A DNA stretch of 64,000 nt from Candidatus Omnitrophota bacterium (GTDB lineage: Bacteria > Omnitrophota > Gorgyraeia > JAZDFF01). The translations under genes and the position numbers were made by a program. The stretch is taken from positions 37,073 through 101,072 of the forward strand of contig JAZDFF010000031.1 of NCBI GenBank assembly GCA_043808095.1, given 5' to 3'. Below are positions 36,569 through 46,184 of the stretch, piece by piece. Within the stretch, counting starts at the first letter, position 1. Every line of letters starts with the position of its first letter. The notes beneath the pieces were generated by a model. It saw only the letters and a program-made list of their open reading frames with translations. It searched no databases and was not told the DNA's origin.

Positions 36569-37263
36569 GGGACACGTACCTTTTATTTAACAAATAATAT
36601 CAGATGACGTAGAAACATCCATGAGTCCACGAATGGCAAGAATTGTTTTTTCTAATATGCCTCATCACATAGTTCAGCGAGGTAATAGAAGGCAGGATGT
36701 ATTTTTTGAAGATGAAGACCGCGAGATTTATTTACGTTTATTAAAAGAACAGATACAAAAGTATGAAGTCCAAGTATGGGCGTATTGTCTTATGAGTAAC
36801 CACGTACATTTAATCGTTGTTCCCGCCAATAAAGATTCTTTAGCGAAAGCCATAGGAGAAACCCATAAAAGATATACCAGAATGATCAATTTCCGAGAAG
36901 GATGGCGTGGATATCTTTGGGAGGGTAGATTTAAGAGTTTTCTCTTGGATGAAAAGTATGTCTATGCCGCTGTTCGTTACGTTGAGAGAAATCCGGCAAG
37001 AGTTAAGATTGTAAAAAGAGCGGAAGATTACCCTTGGTCAAGTGCCAAGGCCCATATTAAACGTCTAAATGGAACCGTCTTAAGTGATTTCTATCTCTTA
37101 GATGAAATAGCAGATTGGTCAGATTATTTACGCCAGGAGGATAAAGAAGAAGACTTGAAGATATTTAGGCGTCATGGCAGTGTGGGTAAACCAATAGGGG
37201 ATGCTAAATTCATAAAACGGACTCGGATTAATCAGTTCAATTAGGTACGTGTCCCCGGAACTT
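36569..37263 (+). mobile_element. REP-associated tyrosine transposase (RAYT/IS200-like) unit with flanking inverted REP-like sequences TTCCGGGGACACGTACC
   Basis: ttccggggacacgtacc at 36569-36585 and its reverse complement ggtacgtgtccccggaa at 37247-37263 bracket the tnp ORF. A related gaattccggggaattccggggacacacacg lies at 34491-34522. Confidence 0.65.
36621..37244 (+). CDS. IS200/IS605-family Y1 (HUH) transposase, RAYT-like
   Basis: HUH motif SNHVHLIV, a downstream conserved Tyr region (YVERNPARVKIV...YPWSS), and a typical N-terminus MARIVFSNMPHHIVQRGNRRQDVFF. Confidence 0.75.
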   Translation: MSPRMARIVFSNMPHHIVQRGNRRQDVFFEDEDREIYLRLLKEQIQKYEVQVWAYCLMSNHVHLIVVPANKDSLAKAIGETHKRYTRMINFREGWRGYLWEGRFKSFLLDEKYVYAAVRYVERNPARVKIVKRAEDYPWSSAKAHIKRLNGTVLSDFYLLDEIADWSDYLRQEDKEEDLKIFRRHGSVGKPIGDAKFIKRTRINQFN

Positions 37264-37343
37264 ACAATTTATAGTATTGGTAGTAGCGTTCCAGGATGTG
37301 TGCAAGCACCAGAATTTTCTAAATTTCCTTATAGAAAATAAAA

Positions 37344-37712
37344 ATGATAATACTTATAAACAAATTTATTATACTGAGTTTGGTTATACTACTTATATTT
37401 CTGAAGCCTAAAATTGGAGGCGCTATGGCTGAAAGACCGATTCAAGATGAAATGCAAATAAAGGTTGATTTGTCAGATGGCGTTAATAAAGAAGAGGCGA
37501 TAATTCTTGCAAAGAACTACTTAATACATAAAGGGCTAGAGAAAAATGTAATCATTTTTAAGGCCAAAGTTAGAGAAAGTCGGTTATTTAAAGAATGTTG
37601 GACTGTTTACTTTCCTCCATCTCCTAATATTCGGGCAAGAATACCATTTGATTTTGTGGTAGACGTAGATAAAAAAACCGGTGAAATAAAACTAGCTGGT
37701 TGGAATAAATAG
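37344..37712 (+). CDS. Small secreted protein, paralog of 35978..36385
   Basis: Shared segments DGV.K.EAII.A.N.LI.KGLEK and KK.GEIK...W. A signal/TM segment is present at the N-terminus. Confidence 0.35.
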   Translation: MIILINKFIILSLVILLIFLKPKIGGAMAERPIQDEMQIKVDLSDGVNKEEAIILAKNYLIHKGLEKNVIIFKAKVRESRLFKECWTVYFPPSPNIRARIPFDFVVDVDKKTGEIKLAGWNK

Positions 37713-37978
37713 TAAAATTATACAGAGTAATAAAAATAATGGTGGCGGAACTCAATAAGTTTTTATAAATAAAAATTTAAAATGATAATTCATATAATTA
37801 CTTATTCCAGTACCACTTTTATTATTTTTAAATTGACATTTTAAGGGAAAGTAGTATTCTGGGTATGTAATCTTTTTACACATCAAACTACAATGGAGTG
37901 GAATAAGGTTAAAATAAGTAAATTCATAAAACGGCTCTTCAAATATGGGCTGTTTTTTATTTTAAAAGAGGAGGAAAA

Positions 37979-38383
37979 ATGAAGAAAAATTATTTATTAT
38001 TGTTTAGTATTTTATTACTATTTGGTTGTTCAACAGCCGGCTCTCACCTTAAATCGGTTCAGTCTGACGTAGCTGACAGGGTAACTGTAGGAAAAGTCCA
38101 ACGCGAGATTCGTATTGGTATGTCATCTGCTCAAGTGGCTGAAGTATTAGGCTCTCCTAATATTGTTAGCACTGACGAAAATCGGAGAGAGGTATGGATT
38201 TATGATAAGATTGCTACGGATGTTTCTTATTCAAATAATGAAGGCGGGGCTACTTTGCTACTATTAGGCATTACTGGTTCTTCGGGTGCAGTATCGAAAT
38301 CTCAAAGGACTTTAACAGTTATTATTAAGTTTGATGAAAACAGCAAAGTCCGAGATTTTGCTTATCATACATCTAGCTTTTAG
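37979..38383 (+). CDS. Lipoprotein, BamE/SmpA-OmlA-like
   Basis: Lipobox LLFGC. GMSSAQVAEVLGSPN...EVWIY resembles the SmpA_OmlA fold. Confidence 0.4.
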   Translation: MKKNYLLLFSILLLFGCSTAGSHLKSVQSDVADRVTVGKVQREIRIGMSSAQVAEVLGSPNIVSTDENRREVWIYDKIATDVSYSNNEGGATLLLLGITGSSGAVSKSQRTLTVIIKFDENSKVRDFAYHTSSF

Positions 38384-38404
38384 GACGAAAATAAAACAGA
38401 CAAA

Positions 38405-38957
38405 AATGCGAAGCTTTCCAAAATTATTCTTATGTTTATTTTTGAGTTTGGGACTAATTAGCTGTGTCAGTATTCCTACAGGTTTTCTAAAGCTTAACGA
38501 AGGCTATTTAGAAAAAAGGCAATTGCAAATAAGGCAATACGACACAACTAATGAAGAACAGATTATAACGGCTGTCGCTGGAGTTTTACAAGATTTAGGT
38601 TTTACTTTGGATGATAGCGAAACCAAATTAGGGTTGGTATCTGCTTCTAAAAAAGCTGATGCAATAAGTGCAGGTCAAGTTACCGGCGCAATCTTCCTTG
38701 ACATGTTATCCGCTTTAGGTGGTAATTATTCTAATAACGCCGCAAGGTGTGATAAATCTCAGGTAGTTAAAGCCTCGGTAATTACGAAACTAAGCCTTGA
38801 AGGAAATAAGATGGTTGTTCGAGTTACATTTCAGCGAATTGTTTGGAACATGAGTAATCAAATCAACAGAGTAGAAACTATTAATGATCCGGAAATATAT
38901 CAGAAGTTTTATGATAGTTTATCAAAAGCGATATTTTTGGAGGCTCAGAAAATATGA
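38405..38957 (+). CDS. Lipoprotein of unknown function (paralog pair member 1)
   Basis: Lipobox LISC. It is homologous to 38954..39388 (DTT...Q.V...LQDL.F..D......GS..SK ... DPE.YQ.F...L.KAIFL.AQ). Confidence 0.4.
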
Positions 38958-39388
38958 GAAAATTAACAAGATATTGCGGTATTCTTATGATTTTATTTTT
39001 GAGTGTTGTATTGTCTGGGTGTGCAACTACCGCTGGAAAGGCTTTTGAGACCAAAGAAAGTCAGGTTAAATTAAGAAGTATCCAGACAAGAGCTTTTGAT
39101 ACAACCGATAAGAAGAAAATGATGCAAACTGTAATAAGCACGCTACAAGACTTAGATTTTGTTGTTGATAAAGCCGATTTTATGCTCGGTTCCATTACCG
39201 GTTCTAAATTTCTTGGGCACGAGGTTGTGACAATGACGGTTATTGTTAGACCACGGGGAGAAAAACAGTTGTTAGTAAGGGCAAACGCCCAATATGGGAT
39301 TAAGACAGTAGAAGATCCAGAAACCTATCAAGATTTCTTTACTGCTTTAGAAAAGGCAATATTTTTAACAGCGCAGCAGGTTGATTAA
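38954..39388 (+). CDS. Lipoprotein of unknown function (paralog pair member 2)
   Basis: Lipobox LSGC. The two genes form a tandem duplicate and overlap by 4 nt. Confidence 0.4.
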   Translation: MRKLTRYCGILMILFLSVVLSGCATTAGKAFETKESQVKLRSIQTRAFDTTDKKKMMQTVISTLQDLDFVVDKADFMLGSITGSKFLGHEVVTMTVIVRPRGEKQLLVRANAQYGIKTVEDPETYQDFFTALEKAIFLTAQQVD

Positions 39389-39574
39389 AGGTTTAAAGAA
39401 AATAGTATAATAAATAAATTGATAATGGATTCCAAAAATAAAGGAAAAAAAGCTCAATAATTCTTTTAAAATTCAAACAGAATAATTTATTATTGTAAAT
39501 TCCATCCCAGATACTCTGCCTGGGATTTTTTGTTTGTTGCGCTGGGTTTATAATTGTGATAAAATTATGAGCCT

Positions 39575-40705
39575 ATGAAAGAAAAAAGAGTGCTCCTGAT
39601 GTACATCACCGAATTTTCCGGGCATTACCATGCTGCTCATGCTATAGAAAACGCCCTTAAACTCAAAGACCATAAGGTAGAGACCTTAAATATCAATGCC
39701 TTCCACTACACCAGTCCCATCACCGAGAAAATTGTCCACAAGATTTACATGGGGGTCATCAAGAGGACCCCGAGGATCTGGGAATACCTCTACGACAACC
39801 CTAACTTTATAAATGGCACCAGCAGTATAAAAAAATTCATTAATAAATTTAATTCCCCGAAATTAAAACGGCTTTTTGACCGGTTTAAGCCCCGGGCGAT
39901 TGTTTGTTCCCAGGCCTTTCCCTGCGGTATGACCGCTGCCTTTAAAAAGGCATATAACATTGATGTGCCGTTAATCGGCGTATTGACGGATCATGCGCCG
40001 CATTCATACTGGCTTTATGATAACGTGGATTATTACGTTGTTCCATCGCAGGATGCCAAAGAGGTCTTTGTTAAAAAGGGAGTGGCCCCTGAGCGCATAA
40101 AGGTATTGGGGATACCTATTGACCCCAAGTTCGCCAGGCCCAAAAATAAGGAAAGAACCGCAAGGCGCCTTAAATTAGACCTGCATACTCCGATAGTACT
40201 TTTAATGGGAGGCGGCCAGGGAATAGGGCCGATAAATAAAATTATAAAATATCTTGATAAAGCCAGGGCGAATTTTCAGATTGCAGTAATAACCGGGACC
40301 AATAAGAAGTTAATTAAAAAATTAAAGGATAGCCGCAATAAATTTAATAAAAAGATTACGGTCTTTGGTTATGTGCATAATGTTGATGAATTGATGGAGG
40401 TCTCTAAACTCCTTATTACAAAAGCCGGCGGAATAACCACTACCGAGGCCCTGGCAAAAGGCCTGCCTATGATTATCATAAAGCCTATTCCCGGACAGGA
40501 AGATTCTAACTGCGAATTCTTATTGAGGCATAAGGCGGCAATAAAGATTAGAAAAGCAAAAGAAGTCACTTCTTGCGTCGAGAGATTGATTAATGCCGAA
40601 GGAAGGTTACATCAGATGGGTTTGAATGCAAGAAAAATAAGCAAGCCGCAGGCAGCTTTGGATATTGCGGAGTTAATATTAAGATCATCCTCCTACGCTG
40701 AATAA
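39575..40705 (+). CDS. GT28-family lipid glycosyltransferase (MGDG synthase/UgtP-like)
   Basis: MurG/MGD-like C-terminal domain with GGGQGIGP and an N-terminal MGDG_synth-like region. Confidence 0.6.
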   Translation: MKEKRVLLMYITEFSGHYHAAHAIENALKLKDHKVETLNINAFHYTSPITEKIVHKIYMGVIKRTPRIWEYLYDNPNFINGTSSIKKFINKFNSPKLKRLFDRFKPRAIVCSQAFPCGMTAAFKKAYNIDVPLIGVLTDHAPHSYWLYDNVDYYVVPSQDAKEVFVKKGVAPERIKVLGIPIDPKFARPKNKERTARRLKLDLHTPIVLLMGGGQGIGPINKIIKYLDKARANFQIAVITGTNKKLIKKLKDSRNKFNKKITVFGYVHNVDELMEVSKLLITKAGGITTTEALAKGLPMIIIKPIPGQEDSNCEFLLRHKAAIKIRKAKEVTSCVERLINAEGRLHQMGLNARKISKPQAALDIAELILRSSSYAE

Positions 40706-40803
40706 TTTCTACTTCGCCAAGGCTTCGTAGAATAAATTTCGAGTCAGCTTCCCTGCCTGCCGGCAGGCAGGGGCGGATTTCACTGAATGGATAAGTTGAA
40801 ATT

Positions 40804-41712
40804 TTGTTAAGGTGTTCAATGTTAGAATATCAAAAATACCAATTAGGAATTTATTTGGCCACGCACCTGCCCTTGGCGGCTAGTTACGCCCTGGCAAATA
40901 TCTTGTCCGAATTGCATTATTTATCTTCTAAAAAAGACCGAGACACTATCAGGGGAAACCTAAAGGCGATTTTGCCCGATGCCAGCCCCAGGCAGATTGA
41001 GCGATATACCCATGAGGTATTCAGGAATTTCGGCAGGTATATAGTTGAGTTTTTCCGTTTTGCCAAGATTGACCAGGAATTTATCGACCGGCATGTTAAG
41101 ATAGAAGGCAGGGAACACGTTGAAGAGGCCCTAAAAAGAGGCAAGGGTGTGATTGCCCTGTCTGCACATCTGGGGAATTGGGAGTTAGGAGGAGTGATTG
41201 TTGCCAGGAGCGGTTATTCTTTTATAGCAGTAGCCCTTACACACTGTGACAAAAGGATTAATAATTTTTTTAATTTCCAGAGGGAATTCCACGGGGTTAA
41301 GGTTTTACAGGTAAAGACCGGCATCCGAGATTGTTTTAAGGCCCTAAAACAAAACCAGATAATTGCCCTTGTCGGAGACCGGGATTTTACCAATAGCGGG
41401 ATAATCAGCAATTTTCTGGGAAGGCAGTCGGATTTGCCAAGGGGGCCGGCAGTTTTTCATTTAAGGACGGGCGCTCCGATTGTGCCGGTATTTATGATAA
41501 GGGAGGGCCCTACTTATAATTTCCGCCTGGTGATTGAGAAACCTATAGAATTTACTCCTTGTGGCGACGAGGAAAAAGATATCAAAGACCTGACAGATAT
41601 TTGCAGCAAGGCAATCGAAACCTATGTCCGCAGGTACCCAGAGCAATGGCTGATGTTTAGGCAGTTTTGGTATGACCCGGACACGCCGAAGGAAGAGATC
41701 AAGATAATCTGA
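40804..41712 (+). CDS. Lipid A biosynthesis lauroyl/myristoyl acyltransferase family (LpxL/HtrB-like LPLAT)
   Basis: Acyltransferase motif SAHLGNWELGG. Confidence 0.7.
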   Translation: MLRCSMLEYQKYQLGIYLATHLPLAASYALANILSELHYLSSKKDRDTIRGNLKAILPDASPRQIERYTHEVFRNFGRYIVEFFRFAKIDQEFIDRHVKIEGREHVEEALKRGKGVIALSAHLGNWELGGVIVARSGYSFIAVALTHCDKRINNFFNFQREFHGVKVLQVKTGIRDCFKALKQNQIIALVGDRDFTNSGIISNFLGRQSDLPRGPAVFHLRTGAPIVPVFMIREGPTYNFRLVIEKPIEFTPCGDEEKDIKDLTDICSKAIETYVRRYPEQWLMFRQFWYDPDTPKEEIKII

Positions 41713-41901
41713 TTGATACTGCTGATAGCATTAATCAAATGTCTAATATCGAATTTCTAATGCCTAATAAATGTTCAAATTCTTAATATCTAATTTAAAA
41801 TTAGACATTTTCCCGCCAAAAGCGGGATCCCGCTGGATTCTTTCTATTGTGCGGGATAATCACTGTAATCTTTTTGGTAATCACCGTAATCATTATTTAA
41901 T

Positions 41902-42576
41902 ATGAAGACATGCGTACTCATCCCCTCATATAACGAGGAAAAAACCATAGGCGGTATCGTTAAGAAAGTGCGCGCTCTTGAGCTGGATGTAATTGTAGTT
42001 GATGATGGTTCATCCGATAATACCGAGAAGGCCGCAAAAGAGGCAGGGGCCTTAGTTATAAGCCATCCGAAAAATCATGGCAAGGGTTTTGCCCTGCGTA
42101 ACGGCTTTACTTATACTTTGGGCCAGGATTACGAAGCGGTTATTACGATGGACGGCGACGGCCAGCATGACGTGCAGGATATAAAAAAATTCCTAAAGGC
42201 AACGGAATCCAATCCTCAGCTTGGCGTTATCGTGGGAAACCGCATGCTTAATACCAAGGACATGCCGTTTATCAGGTTTTTAACCAATATCTTTATGTCT
42301 TTTGTGATTTCTATGTTTTCCCGCCAGGAGATTGCCGATACCCAGTGCGGATTTAGGTTAGTAAGGCGCGCAGTTTTAGAAAATATAAGGTTATTCACTT
42401 CTAATTTTGAGATTGAATCCGAGATACTTATCCGGGCGGGGCGCCTGGGATACAAGATTTCCTCAATCCCAATCCAGACGATTTATCTTACGAAGTCGAG
42501 TAAAATCAGCCCGTTTATAGATACCTTTAGATTCATTAAATTCATCATTAAAGAGATATGGATTTCGATTTTTTAA
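41902..42576 (+). CDS. GT2-family glycosyltransferase (dolichyl/polyprenyl-phosphate sugar transferase-like)
   Basis: CVLIPSYNEE...VIVVDDGSSDNT and DGDGQHD motifs. Confidence 0.7.
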   Translation: MKTCVLIPSYNEEKTIGGIVKKVRALELDVIVVDDGSSDNTEKAAKEAGALVISHPKNHGKGFALRNGFTYTLGQDYEAVITMDGDGQHDVQDIKKFLKATESNPQLGVIVGNRMLNTKDMPFIRFLTNIFMSFVISMFSRQEIADTQCGFRLVRRAVLENIRLFTSNFEIESEILIRAGRLGYKISSIPIQTIYLTKSSKISPFIDTFRFIKFIIKEIWISIF

Positions 42577-43196
42577 GAAAAAAGATGGTTGAAGAGCAGC
42601 TTATCCGACGGGGGATAAAAAACGAGCGTGTGCTGGCTGCCTTTTCTAAAGTCCCGCGGCATAAATTTATCCCGGAAAATCTCCATGACAGCGCCTACGG
42701 AGATTTCCCTCTTGCCATAGGAGAGGGCCAGACTATTTCCCAGCCTTATATGGTGGCGATAATGACTGAGCATTTAGACCCAAAGAAATCAGAAAAAATA
42801 CTGGAGATTGGCACCGGCTCAGGATATCAGGCAGCCATACTTGCGGAATTGGCTGGGGAGGTCTATTCGGTTGAGCGATTTGACGGCCTTTCAAAGAAGG
42901 CTGAAATGGTTCTTTCAGAGCTCGGTTATAAAAATATCCATCTTAAGGTGGATGACGGGACCTTAGGCTGGAGGGAATTTGCGCCTTTTGATGGAATCAT
43001 TATTACTGCCGGCGCCCCAAAGGTGCCCAATAATTTAGTGGGGCAGCTTACAGATGATGGAAGGATGCTTATTCCTATAGGAGGGAGTTTCAGCCAGGTG
43101 CTTACTTTGGTGAAAAAACAAATAGGCCAGATAACCTGCAAAGAAATCTGCGGCTGCGTGTTTGTGCCTCTTGTGGGAAAACATGGCTGGCAATAA
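42558..43196 (+). CDS. pcm: Protein-L-isoaspartate O-methyltransferase
   Basis: GEGQTISQPYMVA and SAM-binding LEIGTGSGYQ. Confidence 0.85.
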   Translation: MDFDFLRKKMVEEQLIRRGIKNERVLAAFSKVPRHKFIPENLHDSAYGDFPLAIGEGQTISQPYMVAIMTEHLDPKKSEKILEIGTGSGYQAAILAELAGEVYSVERFDGLSKKAEMVLSELGYKNIHLKVDDGTLGWREFAPFDGIIITAGAPKVPNNLVGQLTDDGRMLIPIGGSFSQVLTLVKKQIGQITCKEICGCVFVPLVGKHGWQ

Positions 43197-43302
43197 AACA
43201 CGAATTTCCACAGATTGCCTGCCTGCAGTGTAGGCAGGCACACGAATAAACACGAATACTAAAAGATACCGGATCATGACTCCATTTGTTTAAGAGGACA
43301 GT

Positions 43303-43806
43303 ATGATACAGATTTATACCGGTGACGGAAAAGGCAAAACTACGGCGGCCCTGGGCCTTGCCATACGCGCGGCAGGCGCAGGCCTTAAGGTTTATATCGG
43401 CCAATTTCTAAAAGGAAGGACTTACTGCGAACTAGAATCTTTAGAGAAGATTAAAAATATAAAGATTGAACGCTTTGGCCGGACTTGTTTCATCAAAAAA
43501 CGGCCTACGAAAAAAGACCTGGAATTAGCGAAAAGGGGATTTAAAAAAATCGAAGAGATTATCTGCAAAGGCTGTTATGACCTGGTGATTTTAGACGAGA
43601 TCAATATCGCTGTTTCCCTAGGGCTCCTGGAATTAGGCCAGCTTTTAAGGCTTATCAAAAAGACTCCCGGAGATGTCGAGCTGGTTTTAACCGGACGCTA
43701 CGCACACCCCGAGATTATTAAGGTTGCGGATTTAGTCAGCGAAATAAAAGATATAAAACATTATTATGAAAAAGGGGTAAAGGCAAGGAGAGGTATTGAA
43801 TATTGA
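43303..43806 (+). CDS. cobO: Cob(I)yrinic acid a,c-diamide / cob(I)alamin adenosyltransferase (CobO/BtuR type)
   Basis: N-terminal motif IQIYTGDGKGKTTAALG. Confidence 0.8.
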   Translation: MIQIYTGDGKGKTTAALGLAIRAAGAGLKVYIGQFLKGRTYCELESLEKIKNIKIERFGRTCFIKKRPTKKDLELAKRGFKKIEEIICKGCYDLVILDEINIAVSLGLLELGQLLRLIKKTPGDVELVLTGRYAHPEIIKVADLVSEIKDIKHYYEKGVKARRGIEY

Positions 43807-43939
43807 AAATGATTACAGTGATTACCAAAAAGATTCCAGGGATTAAAGAAGATTGAAACGCCAGTTGGCAAATTTTGCTTGCGTCCCAAAAGTTTCTATG
43901 ACATCAAGAAAAATTTAACCGCCAGTTGGCAAATTTTTC

Positions 43940-43968
43940 TTGACAGATTAAAGCAAAAGTTGTATTTT
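43940..43968 (+). promoter_or_regulatory. Sigma70-like promoter (TTGACA, 17 nt spacer, TATTTT) preceding the cobalamin riboswitch
   Basis: ttgaca at 43940-43945 and tatttt at 43963-43968. A 24-nt direct repeat cgccagttggcaaatttt lies at 43858 and 43921. Confidence 0.45.
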
Positions 43969-43989
43969 AATATAGAGATTTTCGTATTA

Positions 43990-44200
43990 GGTTAAGGGAA
44001 ATCCGTGCTTCGATTTCGCTTAGAATGAACACTGAGTGAAACGAAGTGTTAAAATCGGATGCGGTCCCGCCGCTGTAACCCCGGGCTTTTTATAAAAAAA
44101 AGCGGACCCTTTTAGCAGAAAATACCACTGCCTCAAAGAAACGTCGAGGTGGGAAGGTGGCTAAAAGGGCGGGGGAGCCAGAAGACCTACCTAATAAAAT
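43990..44200 (+). ncRNA. Cobalamin (AdoCbl) riboswitch
   Basis: Core AAGGGAA...GTGTTAAAATCGGATGCGGTCCCGCCGCTGTAACC matches the GGUGAAAAUCC / GCNGNNCCCGCCACUGU core. The B12-box-like GAGCCAGAAGACCTACC lies at 44175-44191. The element sits upstream of btuFCD. Confidence 0.55.
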
Positions 44201-44268
44201 GATTTAGCGTTTTATGTTTCGCTAAACGCTACATCCTCGCGGAAGGGCTAAGTAAAAAAAGGGTGCAA

Positions 44269-44299
44269 CCCCGACGTAAATGTCGGGGTTTTTTATTTT
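44269..44299 (+). terminator. Rho-independent terminator (riboswitch expression platform)
   Basis: Stem ccccgacg taaa tgtcgggg followed by ttttttatttt. Confidence 0.6.
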
Positions 44300-44394
44300 G
44301 CCAGACGATACGTGGGACGAAGACGGATAATCCCAAACTTGCGCAGAAATTTCTTCGAAATTTTCAGGCGCTTAATCGAGGGAAAGATTAATAG

Positions 44395-45219
44395 ATGAAG
44401 AAGGCAATCTTATCGATAATATTTCTTTTCTTGTTCTTAAATACGGCGGCAGCCTCTCCAAGATACATTTCGTTTGCTCCTTCGACCACTGAAATTTTGT
44501 TTGCCCTGGGATTGGACGATGAAATCGTAGGAGTAAGTACATTCTGTAATTATCCCCCAAAAGCGCAGGAAAAAGAAAAAGTTGGCACATTTAGCCAACC
44601 GAATATCGAGAAAATCTTATCTTTAAAACCAGATATTATATTCTGCACCGGTCTTGAGCAGGCAGGCACAGTTAAAGAATTGAAGCAACTTAACCTCAAA
44701 GTTTATGTTAGCGACCCCTGTGATATTGAAGGATTATTTAATTCAATTCGGGAAATAGGTAGACTCACCAGCAAAGAAAAAGAGGCAGATGCCCTAATCG
44801 GCAAAATGAAGACGGCTATCAGCGAAATTAGTTCTTTGGTCAAATTGATTAATAAAAAAGACATGCCCAGAGTATTCGTTGAGATATGGTATGACCCGTT
44901 AATGACAGCAGGCAAGGGTTCTTTTATCGACGAGTTGCTTAGGTTAGCCGGTGGAGTGAATATTGCCTACGATACTCCACGACCTTATAGTTATTTTAGC
45001 CCTGAACAGGTACTAAAACGAAATCCCACATGTATTATTCTGACTTATATGAGTAATGAAAAACCCCTAATGGCAGTTAGCAGACGCTTTGGCTGGGAGG
45101 AAATCTCTGCAGTCAAAAACAACCGCATATATAACGATATTAATCCGGACCTCTTGTTACGTCCTGGACCGCGTTTAGTCGAAGGCCTAAAAGAATTGCA
45201 CAAAAGGCTATATCCTTAA
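44395..45219 (+). CDS. btuF: ABC transporter periplasmic cobalamin/siderophore-binding protein (BtuF-like)
   Basis: Signal peptide, class III SBP fold features, and riboswitch-controlled context. Confidence 0.7.
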   Translation: MKKAILSIIFLFLFLNTAAASPRYISFAPSTTEILFALGLDDEIVGVSTFCNYPPKAQEKEKVGTFSQPNIEKILSLKPDIIFCTGLEQAGTVKELKQLNLKVYVSDPCDIEGLFNSIREIGRLTSKEKEADALIGKMKTAISEISSLVKLINKKDMPRVFVEIWYDPLMTAGKGSFIDELLRLAGGVNIAYDTPRPYSYFSPEQVLKRNPTCIILTYMSNEKPLMAVSRRFGWEEISAVKNNRIYNDINPDLLLRPGPRLVEGLKELHKRLYP

Positions 45220-46176
45220 ATGAATCCATCTTTAAAAAGAAAAATCCTATTATTATTGGTAATATTGGTTTTTGCTTTATTGCTTGGGATTACCAAAGGC
45301 TCAGTTAAATTATCCGTTGTAGAGTTGTTACTTAAGGAAAACAGGCAAATTTTTTATCTTAGGCTTTCACGTATCCTGTTGGCTATAATTACGGGAAGCG
45401 GCCTGGCAGTCTCAGGGATTGTTCTTCAGGCCGTCTTAAGAAATCCGCTGGCAGAACCTTACTTATTAGGCACATCAAGCGGCGCAGGCCTAGCAGCAGT
45501 ATTAGCCATAATCATAGGTATTTCCAGTGTATATCTTCCCTTTGTGGCCTTTTTGGGAGCCATCCTAGCTATCCTCTTAGTCTATAACCTGGCTAAAAGA
45601 GATAACAAGATTCCGGTGCAGTCACTTGTTCTTTCTGGAGTAATTGTATCTATAGCGCTATCCAGTATAATTGTTTTTTTGATATCTGTCTCCGTCAATG
45701 AGACATTACACGGTATTTTGTGGTGGTTGTGGGGAAGTTTGCAGGTTTATGATTTTAGGCTTCTTTTTATAGTCAGCATCATAGTTGTTATAGGGACATT
45801 GATGGTATTCGTACTTTCACAGGATTTAAATGCCATCAGTATCGGAGAAGAAGAGGCAATTCATTTAGGCGTAAAGACTGAAACAATAAAGAAGGCATTA
45901 TTTTTTATCACTTCTTTAATTACAGCCAGCCTTGTTTGTATCTGCGGCGTGATCGGATTCGTAGGTTTAATTATCCCCCATGCTATGAGGTTTATCGTCG
46001 GCCCAAATCATAAGGTGCTTATTCCTGTCTCTTGTTTAGCAGCATCAGCCTTTATGATTATCTGCGATTTGCTTTCGCGAACAATCATGTCGCCATTAGA
46101 AATCCCTATTGGAGTGATTACTGCCATCGTCGGAGCACCGATATTTATTATCTTATTTAAAACGTCCAATAAATAG
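45220..46176 (+). CDS. btuC: ABC transporter permease, FecCD family (BtuC-like)
   Basis: Multi-TM FecCD-family sequence. Confidence 0.8.
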   Translation: MNPSLKRKILLLLVILVFALLLGITKGSVKLSVVELLLKENRQIFYLRLSRILLAIITGSGLAVSGIVLQAVLRNPLAEPYLLGTSSGAGLAAVLAIIIGISSVYLPFVAFLGAILAILLVYNLAKRDNKIPVQSLVLSGVIVSIALSSIIVFLISVSVNETLHGILWWLWGSLQVYDFRLLFIVSIIVVIGTLMVFVLSQDLNAISIGEEEAIHLGVKTETIKKALFFITSLITASLVCICGVIGFVGLIIPHAMRFIVGPNHKVLIPVSCLAASAFMIICDLLSRTIMSPLEIPIGVITAIVGAPIFIILFKTSNK

Positions 46177-46184
46177 AATAATCC

